From Podarcis tiliguerta (lineage: Eukaryota): a DNA stretch of 64,000 bases. Positions 14,221 to 27,300 of this stretch are shown here, piece by piece (position 1 is the first letter of the stretch; each line of letters starts with the position of its first letter). A program made the position numbers and the translations under genes. The notes below the pieces were generated by a model. It saw nothing but the letters and a program-made list of their open reading frames with translations, was not told the origin of the DNA and ran no database searches. The stretch lies in the NCBI GenBank assembly GCA_965153285.1, contig OZ229113.1. One strand, given 5' to 3'.

Positions 14221-15687
14221 TTATAAATATGTGTGTGTTTTATAAATATGTATGTATTGGTGCCTTCTTTCTTTCTATGGAAGGTATTGCATTGCCTCTA
14301 CAGCTAAGATTCATAAAGCACAATGTGAACCTTCCTAAAGGTAATGGGATTTTCTGGGTGATGGGTGAGCTCCTTCTCAGTTCCATCCAGCCATGCGTGC
14401 ATTGACCCATCTTAAAATGGGTCCAGGTGGAAGAACCATAATGCATCATCACCCAATCAGTACAATGTCAGAGGCAATACGTACCCGCCCCCAAACTTGA
14501 GCAGATTTCCCCACAGGCCTCAGCACTTAAAATGTCCTGGTTTTCCCTGGTGTCCCTTCCTTGAGGAATAGCACATCCCACATGCCCCTGATCCCTCCTG
14601 TTGTTTCATCTGCAAGGACAAGAGTGAACACTGCCAAATGAGTAAGTTGTCTTTGCTTTAACAAAAACATTGTGTGACCAAGATTCAGTATGATATGGTA
14701 AGATACTCGCCCCATACTTTATTGTAAAATAGTAGCTACTTTGTATCCAGCTGTTGGCAAATAAGAGTTCTAGATAGTTATTTTCCTCTCATAGATCAGT
14801 TCCTTCATATGCCTTCATATGCCTGCTCAGCTGTTATGTGATTTTTTGGGAGAAAACAATCATATGCCCTAATCTAGAATCAAGAACACTTAAATATATG
14901 AATTATTACCAGTACATTGTGCAAAAAAAAAAAAAAACCATGAGGGAAAGAAGCAAAGAAGCATGCACAATCATGTAAATGAATACATTGGAATTAAAAG
15001 GTTTAAGATGTTTTTCCACTCATACAAATCAGTATGAGTTTCAATCATATAAAAGCAAACTAGTATTGCTTGGACAAGCTTTCTCTACAAATAGACCCAT
15101 GTAAACATAAATCAAGTCTACCAGTCTTGGAAGCATTACAGCTTGCACTTAAGGTTGTATCCAACATGCAGAACAGATTCCACAGAATCATAAAATTGTA
15201 GAGCTGGAAGGGCCATTCCATTTGTACAGTAAGACTTCACATTCCACTCCTCTCCCTTACAACCCCCACATCCTCAAAGTCTGCTTTGGAAGTTGTGGGA
15301 CCCTCTGGAACAGATTTTGGGGCACACAGAGGCTGCTGAATGAAATAGTGAAAGGTGGAGACTTGTGTGAATAAAAGTTTTGAATTCCACTCTAAAGATT
15401 CTCTAGTGAGAATGTATTAAAACCTTCATTTTATGAAATTAATACTTAACATCAGATGAGCACCATAAGCAGAGGAATTGCCCATATCCAACTCACCCTC
15501 ACCTGTTTTTCCCTTGATGCAATCAATGTTATATTCTATTTTCCACTGGATTGGCCCAAAGCATTTTAGGTTTGCCAAGCAGAAGCTTTTGATCTCTCAA
15601 GATCAAATATATTAAGGTAAGGAAATCTACTTGCTCTTTTGAAAGTCATATGACTGACACATATGTGCTTGTACAGGTACTATAGTA

Positions 15688-15929
15688 CAGTGGTACCTTG
15701 GGTTAAGTACTCAATTAGTTCCGGAGGTCCGTACTTAACCTGAAACTGTTCTTAACCTGAAGCACCACTTTAGCTAATGGGGCCTCCTGCTGCTGCCACG
15801 CCGCCGGAGCCCAATTTCTGTTCTTATCCTGAAGCAAAGTTCTTAACCTGAAGCACTATTTCTGGCTTAGTGGAGTGTGTAACCTGAACCGTATGTAACC
15901 TGAAGCATATGTAACCCAAGGTACCACTG
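15688..15929. mobile_element. Tc1/mariner (pogo/Tigger-like) MITE
   Basis: Perfect 18-bp TIR CAGTGGTACCTTGGGTTA / TAACCCAAGGTACCACTG; TA TSD; internal AACCTGAA repeats. Confidence 0.9.
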
Positions 15930-17162
15930 TATAGATAACCTATACAACATTATTCCAGAAAATTATCACACTAGGCATGATAGTTGTGTTGTAAAGTTAT
16001 GTTTATAAGTCTTCACTGGAAACTCATCATCATACAATGAAAATCTATTAAAGCTGGCCCATACCATCTTTCTTATGCTGCTATTGCCCTTCCAGTCAAA
16101 TGTGTTTGTTGTTGCCAAGATATAGCTTTTAGCTTTTTCAGTTTCTTCAACACTGATTTTAATAAGACTTTTCAGGCAATTGTCATGATTTTGTTTTCAA
16201 TATCTTCCTTTACAGTCTGACTTTATGTTATCTTTTTCACCAGCTGCTGCATTTGCCTTTCCACTTACACAGAATCATTAGCAAATATTATACGGTCATC
16301 AGAAAAAAAAGGGGGAAAAAGCATGTTAGCTGTTCTCTGAAGAAAATTGTACACTCCCAGTTTGTTTTACTTAACAGTGATTCCAGAGCTGTGACAGCTT
16401 CAGATATATTGTGGATCACTGAGTGATTCCTGCAGCACAGTTGGCTATTCTTTGCAGATCAATATACATGTTGTTAATTTCAGTGTTGCTCAGAGCACCG
16501 AGGACATCTGTCCCCAACAGGATTAAAAAAAAAACACCCTGAGAAAATTCAGATTTTAGTATTCTATGTGATGTTGGGAAGTGATAATTCTGAAACTTTT
16601 AAGTATTCTGAGTACCATAACCATTATACTTTAATTAAAGTATCACCTTTAAAAAATACTCTTCAATAAGTAAATTTAAGTATAAATTTCCCATTTTAAT
16701 TTCAATAGTTGGGATGTATTTTCCTTTCACCCAGGAACAGGGAAAAAACTATTGTGCAAGTAGAAAGAATTCTGTTTGTAGCAATCCTGATAGCTGTATT
16801 ACACTTTCAGACATACTACAGATCTTAAATGAGTGCATGCTAAATATAACCTTTCCTGTTTAGTCACTGATAATGTTACAACCACTTGAGCTTTTAACTG
16901 AGGTAAACAATGTTACAGCAACAGACTAAGTCAAACATTTAAAATACTAAGTTCACAAAAGCAACTTTATTTTGATGACAAAGGGAATTTAATATGCAAT
17001 ACGCTTTTACAGGTTTAAGTGACCATAAAAGGTATATTTTGCACATTTCATATTGTGTAGAAAACATTAGCAGAAGCAGAAGCTCACGTTCTCTGCAGCA
17101 AACCAAGGACTTAGGCCTAGTTCTCACTGTGTCCAGACTACACTGCAAATAGGTGGGGGCTC

Positions 17163-17495
17163 ATAATCATCATAATAAAATTATACCCTGCCCATCTGGC
17201 TGGGTTTCCCCAGCCTCTCTGGAAGGCTCCCAACAGAATTAAAAGCACAACATAACATCGAACATTTAAAACTTCCCTAAATAAGGCTGCCTTCAGATGT
17301 CTTCTAAAAGTGAGACAGATGTTTATTTCCTTGACATCTGATGGGAGGGTGTTCCACAGGGCAGACGCCACTGCTGAGAAGGCCCTCTGCCTGGTTCCCT
17401 GTAACCTCACTTCTTGCAGGGAGGGACCCGCTAGAAGGCCCTCAGCACTGAACCTCAGACTGAATGATGGGGGTGGAGAAACTCCTTCTGGTATA
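17163..17495 (-). mobile_element. L2 LINE 3' end, same family as 36975-39030
   Basis: Very similar to the 36990-37290 segment; ORF 17138..17410 contains RAFSAVASALWNTLP. Confidence 0.88.
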
Positions 17496-19401
17496 TTTAC
17501 CTCTCTACACTACCAACACACTTACCTTGGTTGCACTATAGCCCTGTCAAGAATGTTGAGGAATGAATGCCAAACACATTATTTTTATCATGTATGTATG
17601 GCATGGCTAAAATAGCAGATTTAGTATAACACTGGCCTTTAGGCAGCAAAGCAACACACCATTTTTTACATATCAGGTACATGTCTAGATAAGTCACCCA
17701 TATGATATGGTATTTCCCTCCTCACCATCAATCAATCAATCATGAATACAAGCAGGAATGCCATCTACATTGAATTTAAAAGTTATTTTAAAATTACCGT
17801 GTGTTAAAATAACTAAATATTTGCTAAAATTACTACACTGAACTTTTTCCAAACAAAAAATATTACTTGGTCATTGTCAAGATTGCTAGGTAAACTACTA
17901 TACTGTACCTAAATTGTAGCAAATGACCTAAACGATACTTCATTCACTTTACAAACCTCTAAAATTAACATATCTGCAGATGTGAAACCAGCAAGGCTAT
18001 ATTCTAAAAGTATCTCTAGTCTTGTTCCCAAGCATGTGAAGTTGTGTCATCCTACATGAAATGCAATGCTAAGCAAACAACTCTCACAAGACCTATAAAC
18101 TTTTTCAAACTGCATTAGAGCCCCTTTCAAACTAATGCCACTGTATTAATAATGAACTTGATAGCACAACTAAAAGCTGCAGTGCTATGAACTAAAGATT
18201 ATGCTATAAGAAGGTAGGCAATCTAAGATCGTTCTTAAACAATTATACTTCTAACTACTGTTGCTTATGGTAAATATTTTGCAATATGCCACATATTCTC
18301 TAAAATTTAGTTTACTCTTCTTCAGTCTATCTTACAGTCTCTTTATTCTCCCTGCTCCCACTAGTGTGTTACATTTTTTCAAAAAAGATGTATTTCCTAA
18401 TAAAGCTGTATTTTGAAATAAAATATTTTAATATTAAACTCTTGACTTTATTTTTTTAAGCTTTTAGTTGTGATCCGAAATTTAATTGCATTGGGTTGTA
18501 GACAATGTTATGCCAGCAGAAACCCACCAGCAGAATCCCCCAACCCTCTGGAGCTTATGGGAGGGCGCAGGACGGAAGAGAAGAAATGGAAGTCCCAATG
18601 TACACATGCAAGTCCCTTGCACCAGCAGAGCTACAGCATTAGATATAGCCCAAGTAATTAACACACAGGCAATTGCAATGTATAGATATGTATAGATAGA
18701 TATAGATGTATAGATATATATATTGCTATAGATTTGCTGTTTAATGCAAAAGTATCTCTTTGAAGAAACTTGGTGCAACCACCTTCATGACAGTGTGAGC
18801 ATATCAGCCCATCAGGATTGTTAACAGGACAAAATTGGCCAAATAACGAGAATGCTATTTTACATTTTTGGAACAGACTGTCAGAAGCAGACTTCATACA
18901 ACAGGTGGTGATTGTTTCTTTTTTTAAAAAATATGCACTGCTTTTCACCACGTCTCAGAGGCTTACAAATAAAAAAAAATAAAAAAAACGCACAAAACTT
19001 GAAACATAAATAAAAACATCAGTGTAGAGCGTTAGAACCATGTTCATGATGCAAAGGCCTGAAATGAAACTGTTTTAAGCTGTTGTCTGAAACTTAATAG
19101 GGACAGTGTCTGTCTGATTTCTAGTGGGAGGAAATTCCAGAGTTGAGTCCACTACACTGATGTTGCTTTAGGACTGTTGCTGCCTTTTTCCACACCTGCT
19201 TAATTTGTCTGTATGTCTGTAAACGGGTATGACAAAACTTTCTTCTGGTAATTTTATATGCTGCCCTTCAATATAAATACGCTCCTACAACAAAGCCAGT
19301 ACAAAATATTTAAATATTTAAAACAGCAAAAAGGTTGGTAAAACACTAAAAGCAGCAACAATAAAAATCATAGTCAAAGAGTTGAAACCAAAAGAAAAGT
19401 A

Positions 19402-19930
19402 CCGTATTTTTTGTCCCATAGGGCGCACCTAGTTTTTTGGGGGGGGGATAAAGGAATTTCCCCCCCCCTTTATTTCCCCCCCCCAAACCAGGTCAGGGAA
19501 TCCAAACCAGGTCAGGGAACAGTGGGATGGCGGCGCTCCGCCTCCCCGCTGTCCCCCGAGCTTGTGGGGCTGCACGATGTCTGCTTCAGCGCGCCCCACA
19601 CTCCGTGCAGCAGGCTGCTATCTGCAGCCTAGGGAGCCCTGCAGGAACTCTCCCAGGGCTCCCCACGCTGCGGATGTCTGCCCGAAGCATGGGGCGCTCT
19701 GCTTCAGCGTGCCCCGCGCTCCGGGCAGCAGGCTGCTATCTGCAGCCTAGGGAGCCCTGCGGGAACTCCCACAGGCGCCCCAGGCTTGCAGATAGCTTCC
19801 TGAAGTGCGCACCAACCCCTCTCGCTCTCCAAGCTTCAGCGAAAGCCTGCATTCACCCCATAGGACGCACACAGATTTCCCCTTCATTTTTGGAGGGGGA
19901 AAAGTGCGTCCTATAGGGCGAAAAATACGG
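19402..19930. mobile_element. Tc1/mariner-type non-autonomous element with a GC-rich repetitive core
   Basis: TIRs CCGTATTTTT... / ...AAAAATACGG; TA TSD; subterminal CATAGGRCGCAC motifs; internal duplication of about 118 bp. Confidence 0.88.
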
Positions 19931-22900
19931 TAACTAAAGGCCCAGAAAACGTATTATTTTGGCAGCAAAAAAGGTATCAAAGAAGGCACCAGGCAAATCT
20001 TGCTGAGAAGAGAATTCCAAAGGCAGGACATCACAAGTGAAACAGCCTACTCTCCCCACTTGTCACCCTCTCACTCAGAAGATGGGAACACAGCGAGGTG
20101 CAAATCCCACAATGATCTAGATGCATTGGCCTACTAGCTGTGTAGCAGGCATACCTCCAAATGCCCTTGTCCAAAGCTGTGTAACCAATAATCAGTAAAG
20201 ATATCTAAGAAATTGTGAGGTATGATCCAACTGGCTGGTCCCTATCAGAAATCTGCAGCTGTATTTTGAACTAGCTCATTACTTAACAGTATTCAAAGGC
20301 AGTCCTAAACAAAACACATTGCTGCAGTGTAAACTGGATTATACCAAAATACTGATAACTTTCTATTGCACTTCTATCCACAATAGGCATCAGCTGGTAG
20401 AAAGCACTTTGAACCACATGGGCATCAGTGACAAAGTTGGATCCTAGAGTATTCCCAAGGTGCTTTTATATGTCACTGCTCTTTCCTCCCACACAGATTG
20501 AGTTTAGAAAGCTGCTTCATACTTTCTCATTGCTCAGTGAAAGTGTGGCAATTAAATAAAGCTATGAATACCCACACTTCTACAAATGCAGGTTTGTTAG
20601 AAAATAAGTACAATAGGAATAAAATAGGTCATTTCAGACTTGAATATTGGTTGCTGATTTAACTCAGGCTACAGGTGGCTATTTTAATTCAAAATCAGTT
20701 ACTGTGAACACAATATAAATATGCTTTTAAATTCCAAATATATAGCATCACATAGCCAAACATTACCTACAATTATTATTTTATATCCCAAAAACATAAC
20801 CTACAATTAGAAACAATTTCTTTGACAAACATATTTTTCAAAACTGTGTTTATTTCAGTTCCTTTATCCAATAGCAAATTTTGTTTCCTTCATCCACATG
20901 GTGGGGACACCATAGGTGAATGAGTCCACTCGCCACTTTAAGAACAAAAGAGAGGACAAGAAGGCTTATAGATTTAGCTACTTTCTTTACAGATTCTCAA
21001 ACACTTTAGGTGATTACTTCAGTAATGAGTGGCCTATGAAACTTATATAATTCTACATGTCTCTAGGATTTGATGTTCTCTGGGGGAAAGGTCAATTCCT
21101 TCAAAATGTTAACAAGTCAATATAAAGTACATTTTAACAGATTTCTCAGCCACAATGACTGAGGAATTTCAAAACTGTTACTGAATTAACTTGTAAATAT
21201 GTGTTTCTCTTTAGGTATGTTTCAAGATATACAAGTATAGCATTTTAACATATTTTGACTCTAAATCTGCAACAAGATAACATAAAATGACTGTATAAAC
21301 AACCATTTGATGCAAATCAATAGAGAATGGGGCTCAGCTGTACTATTTATTACTGTAATGAAAAACATGAAGGTGTAAATAAAATATAACAAAGAATACG
21401 TTGAAACTTTATGCCATACACATCTAAAAGTTATATTGGATCAAAATACACAAAGGTGTTCTCTCATCTTAAGCACTCGTTTCTAAATTAAACTAAATTT
21501 TCAAACAGTAAAACAAGATAACATGCCATGACCCTCTCCAAAAGATCACTTAAAAAAAAAACATGGTCATCACTCTGCCCCTGTGCCCTTGCTGTAATAC
21601 AGAAAAGAAAGCAAGAGCAGTGATGTAAAAAATATTTTTCAAGTGAGCTATTTTTGGTGGTCTACACAGTAAAATCTATGAACACCCCTTTCTTCCAATT
21701 AAATAATAATTGAAATACATAGTCAATATTTCTGCAGTAATAAAATACTTCTTTGAGCATTAGCCTCCCCAATTCATTCCTACACTTAACACATGGTTAT
21801 TAGTAACTTACACTTAGTTATAGCACTTAAGTTATCATCATAAGATAACTCTAGCCAATTAGATCTGTGATTCTATACCTAATGACAATGATGTTAATCA
21901 GACCATAGATAAAGAACAGAGTGGGGAAAGCTACTTGATAATGCCTTTAAATAGTCTTAAATTTCACTTTGAAGCCAATTCCCAGAGGAAGGGAGGTAAT
22001 AAAACATGTGGGGAAAAGATTGTGGCACAAGTCCAAATCTAGTTGTGCTCTGGTGCGTATCACTGATGAATGCCTCACTTCCATCCATATCAAACACAAG
22101 TTCAGTAGGAAGCAGATCAATGAAAGTCATGAGAACAAATATCCCTTGTAGACTGGTGCATTTGCTTTTAAACTATCAAATATATGTCGTCATATAAATT
22201 TTCATCTACTTTTATTCAGCAATATGTTAAAGAACAGATTGAAGACCTCCAGTATTGGGTAAAAAAGTAAGCTGTCCTTGAGTCCAAAGAATATTTATGT
22301 TTGTATATAAAAAATCAAATTAAAATTGGAAAAAAATCCAAATTTTGTAGCAATATTGTAATGCTTTCAGAAAATGCAGCGAAATTAGTATGTTTCTAAT
22401 AGAAAAAGTGCAACATTTAACTAGCTATCACTGCCCAAGACAAACTTTACCCAGAATCCATAAATGATAGTTATTTATGTATGCAGATTTGTTAACACAA
22501 GCAAAAACAGCCAAACTTTTCTATGAATCAATATACTAGAAGCAATCACGTGCTACATTCTTCTTTGCAGGGAGTTGTGGGGGGTACAGTTTTATGACAC
22601 TTAAAAATGCCTTCAAGAGTTAAATACATCCACAACCTGTTTAGCTCATGCCAATAGCAAGCAGAGACACTAAGCCGTTCTGATTTCTCTTTGCGACTTT
22701 TTGCACGGGCTGGGGGTGCAAGTGTGTGAGAATATTTATATATCATAGAATAAGTACTATCGAGTTCCAACTCAGCATCGAAAGATGAAGGGGAAGTTGC
22801 AGAAAGAGGGAGTGAAACGCCACTCCCCAAATTATTTCAGAAAAATCTCCGAACGTAGTGCAAACGGGGGGGGGGGGGAATTATACGTGAAGAGAGACAA

Positions 22901-23298
22901 GCACACTAGAAATACTTCTGAACGTTTCGTGCCGTCGCAGTTCGGTTTTGCTTTTCCAAAAAGGACCCGACGCTCATTCCCACCCCCACCGTCGTGGAAA
23001 CTTGCTGTATATACAAGAGAAGGGAGAAGAAGGACGGAATGGGGTCAACTATTGAGCCGACCACCATAGCTGAAGGGCCGCCTCTTCTCTCCACCCCGCC
23101 CCGAGCGATGACCCGAGGAGGGGGCTGGGGGTCAGCGAAGCAGCCCCACCACAGCGCGCAACAACCCCGCCCGCCCTTCCCCTCAGCCGGAGCGCCGAGA
23201 AAGAGGCGGCGGGGGGGGGGGGGCAAGGGCGACTCACGACCACCTCAGTTTTCCCCCAGCGCCTCAGACCCCGCCCTCTCGCCCTTCTCCTTCCTCAC

Positions 23299-23392
23299 CT
23301 AGGTATCGCCTCCGCAACAGGCCGGGCTCCTCCAGCCCCAAACTCCGCTGCCTCACATCCCACAGGAGGTGGGTACAGCAGCCCCGGGACAT
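23299..23392 (-). CDS. DCAF6: DCAF6 coding exon 1 ([32 protein letters not shown])
   Basis: ATG at 23392 in GCCATG context; translation matches the DCAF6 N-terminus (human [24 protein letters not shown]...RYLG); donor G|GTGAGG; 94 nt, phase 1. Confidence 0.95.
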
Positions 23393-24293
23393 GGCACCGC
23401 GCGCTGACCAGGGGGATCCGACTCGCCGCCGCCAGCGACATCAGTCGCTGCCACTTGCTGAGGCCGCCCCCTCCCCCGCCTTCACCATGGAGACCCGCGT
23501 GCGCGCTTTACGCGCGCGTAACCACCACCACCTCCCCGCCGCTCAACAACAATATCACCCCTGTCGGGCGCCAGCAACGGCAGCCTAAGCTCCTCCCCTC
23601 GCTACTCCTCTGCTCCGCCCACATCTAGGGATCCGCTCGCAATGGATATCGCGAGAATTCACCCGGCCCCTCGTCCTACCGCCGCTCACGGTCACAAAAA
23701 TGGCCATTGAGATGTCCGTGTCGCCGTTTAGCGGTCATCCCTCAGTACGGGTCTGGACACCGGGAGAAAGCCGCCTTATCGGCTTTTCTTACGCTTTCCG
23801 TACACGGGCTGCTCAAAGGTGTCTAAGCAGGGGAATTAAAAGGGCAACAACCACCACCCTTAACGAGCCTTTTCAAAACAAAACCCATCCTGGGTGAGGG
23901 CAAAGGAACATTGAAGGCGGACATGTTTGTTTTGGGAGCCAGGCCCCGAAAGCTTTGCTTGAATCGTCATCAATCCTCGTCCGCCGCTCATACCGTCATA
24001 AAAAGAGGACGCCAATTGACCGCAAGAATGTCATCAACGTCGGGTGGCAAAGCCGGTAATGTCGTAGCTAGCCAATAACGCGAAAGCCAGCTGTTTAAGC
24101 CCCGCCTCTTGCTCCGTCCGTGAACAAATCAGAATCAGGAACAGCGGCTCGCCCCACCACCTGCTTCTGTTCGTGAGGAGGGGTGGTGGGTTTTTGTGTT
24201 TTCCCCCCTCCTCTGCTCAGACGGAGGAGAAGGAGGACGACGACAGGTCGAGCGGGGGCTTCGTTGCATCAGTCGCTGTCACCCGCACACAGA

Positions 24294-24399
24294 ATGGCGG
24301 CCGCCGCCGCGGGGTTTCGTGCCTCTTACCACCGGTTCCTGGACCGAATCGAGGTCATGTTGCCGCCCCGGCTGCGTCCCTTGTACAACCACCCGGCAG
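24294..24399 (+). CDS. MPC2: MPC2 (mitochondrial pyruvate carrier 2) first coding exon (MAAAAAGFRASYHRFLDRIEVMLPPRLRPLYNHPA-G)
   Basis: agaATGG start; conserved LRPLYNHPAG motif; donor CAG|GTATTT; 106 nt. Confidence 0.95.
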
Positions 24400-27300
24400 G
24401 TATTTGAGGGGAGGAGGAGATGGGGGAGGTCGTTTCCTTGCTCGCCAGCTGGGGATAACTTGTGAAATGGTGTATGTGAAAGTGTGTGCGTGTGTCTGAG
24501 AAAGAGAGAGAACCCTTATTTGTAAAAACAAATAATATATGCGTGGAAACAAAACAGAGCCCCCTCCCACCCTCCAGTGCCTCAGTTCCCTGCTTATAAA
24601 CCTGGAGAGGCCACCCTGGTAGTGAAAAATGTGCGCTTGTGTTGTATCTGGTCATTCAGACCAGGGACTGGAGTTCATCTCCCCATGGCCATTGGCCTTG
24701 GACTAGTTGCCATCTCTCATACTGGCCTACCTCACAGGATTATGGAGAGTAGGGAAAGGCCAGGGTGGGGGCAGAATTCTTTGGCAAAAGAGTGGGGTAG
24801 AAATAAAATTTAAAAGCCCCAGGTCAGAGTTGGTTAGTACTTGGAGACATGGCAAAGTAGATGGTTTAGTCTCTGTCCTTGATAACTCCTGCAAGGTGGT
24901 AGCATTTCTTCCATGGTGATGGGCAGGCAAGCTTTGTGGAGGTCTGAGTTGCAGTTTTTTGGCCTTCTTTGTGCAGCCCGAGACCAGCCCTTCTATGCTT
25001 CTGCTTCCTGCAGGTTAATTGTTATTGTCGTTAACAAAGGCTGCATAGAAGTCAAAGTTCTGTTTGTCCTCTTTGACATAGATGCTTCTGGGAAAACAAA
25101 CTTTCCTTTCACTGGGAATGGTGAGAGAGATTTATTATGGTGACCAGATGCAAAGAGAAATTGTCATGTAGGGGTAAGAGAAGCTGCACCTGCTGAAAGT
25201 CCTCTTTCTGTGCTGCTATTTAAAATTCAAGATCCCTGTCCTTCATTGAAGCAGGTCAGCTTAGAGGATAAAGTTGGGGCTTTCCTACATGGCATGGGTC
25301 AATCTTGCAACTGTCTGCTCCTTTAAAAGATTATTTTCTTGTGAAGGGATGCTGCTTAGTCAGATTGCACCAGCTCCTCAAAAACTTGCATGTTCAGAAA
25401 GGATTCCCTGCAGTTCTGTTGCTTAGGGCCCACTAAAATCCAGAGGTGGCCTTAATGGTTGCCTAACCGCAGAAATTATACAGTAGGTCCTAGAAAGGTA
25501 GCCGACTACTTTACTCCCACGCACGTTGAAAGAAAAGCAGTGAGTTATAGGAAGTAATCCCTCCCTCCCACACACAAACCATCCCTCATTTTTCATATTG
25601 TCAGGAGATTCTCTTCTGTTCATTCAAGGGACTTTTGAAATATAGGTTTTCAGTGGAAACTTCCATTAGGTTTTTCTTTCTCAAAACTTCCTAAAACATT
25701 GTGATTCTTGGTGGCTGTCGGCAACCATACAACAACATAACTGGATAAAAAAATAGTCTAATAATTAGGAAACTGGTAGACTTGATTACAAATTCCTACT
25801 CTGTTGTTGACTTTTCCTCTAGACTGAATTTAACCATAATCACCCTTTGATTTACTTACTGGGGAAAGTACTGGTATTCTCTTATCATTACTTATAATCC
25901 ATTTTTAAACAGGCAGCTCTTTATCTTTCCTTTTTTATCTGCAACTGGCTTCTTTGGCTTCACTATCTCTCCAGTGTGAATCCTTTAGAGGTCATTTGGT
26001 GATGGGCTTTCTAAAACGACAAAAATCAATTAACAAGATTATTTCTTCCTTTGCCACTCTTTAGTGCAAGCCAGTTTGTGGTGTTTGGACAGAGGAATCA
26101 CTTGTCATAAGATTTTCTGGTAGTTGCAAAAGCTAATCTTATCTATACTTCAGTAACTGCATTACTTAATTGTGGGTGTAAATTCTCTGTGCAGAACATA
26201 ACGTGTTCCTGCATTATGCTACTTTATAGTCTCAGCTTTTATTGGGAGACTTGGATTCAGCAAAGTACTATGCCTCTTACACAAATGAAAAATACCATGA
26301 AAGATGATCCAACTGATACCAAAGGCCTGACGGCAGAAACATTTATTTCTTGTGAAAGAAGCTTGCAGAAGAAATAAACCACTGTCTGTCAGGGAAGTGT
26401 GAATACAAATACTGAATTATAGTAGTGCAGAACCTGTCATATTGTACTTTAAAATTGAAGTTGGGACTCCACATTTATGCAAATTTAAAATTAGTTTTGC
26501 ATGTCATGACTTTAGTATAGTTCCTGACTTTAGATTGAGGACTATCTGATTCAGCCTTTGTTCTGGATTATGTAGGTAGCAAATTACAGTGCTGCTCTAA
26601 CTTACTTAATAGTGCTGAGGATTACTGACATAATGCTTGTGAAACATACCTTATGAGTAGTTCATATATTTGCTGTATTATTAAGGCTCTGAAGTCAAGC
26701 AATGAAAAATACAATAAATTAATGTCAGGTGTTGCAGATTCCTTTCCTCACAATGTCGTCTTCACTTTCTGGAAAAGGGAATTCATGGAATAATAGTTTA
26801 CTGTCCACATGTAGCAAAAAGTTTATTCCAAAAAGCATTTCTTCAAGAGCTTCTGACAAATGTTGGCTCATTTTTAAAGGAAAGGTTTTGACTAAAGATG
26901 TGGCTTAGTTTCATACCTGTTGAACTGAGTGTCCAAGTTTGAACTGCTGTTGGCATTCAGGCATATTTTCCAAATCTGCGTCATGTCCATGGTGCAGGTC
27001 AGTTTGATGGCCTAATTTGATAAGTGACATTTTACCTAGAATACAAGCTGCAGTAGCTGAGGAAAATCCTGTCACATCTGGTTTGTGAAACATCCCTATT
27101 ATCTATACTTGTTTCAGTACTTTTTCTGTCTTTCACAATAGTTTGTCAGTCTTGCTAAAGGACATGAAAAGTTCTGAAAAGTAACCATCTCTGCTTTTCG
27201 TGACTGTTGCTATGCAATAGAAAGTTGGTGTTGGCAGCAGTACCACATGACTTGGAGCTTTCCATTTGTTCTTTGTGTAGCTCCTCTGAATAGAAAGCTC

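Larger units (their letters stand above)
22840..24460. promoter_or_regulatory. CpG island and bidirectional promoter shared by DCAF6 (-) and MPC2 (+)
   Basis: GC- and CpG-rich island in an AT-rich background; divergent ATGs about 900 bp apart. Motifs: TATCGCGAGA (BANP-type) 23647-23656, NRF1-like GCGTGCGC 23497-23504, YY1-like AAAATGGC about 23697, CCAAT boxes about 24012 and 24072, GC box about 24099. Confidence 0.85.

Noticed and set aside
22785-23897. Multiple overlapping 60-110 aa ORFs in the CpG island
   Set aside because: Expected from GC-rich, stop-poor sequence; low complexity and no recognisable homology. Only DCAF6 exon 1 is supported.
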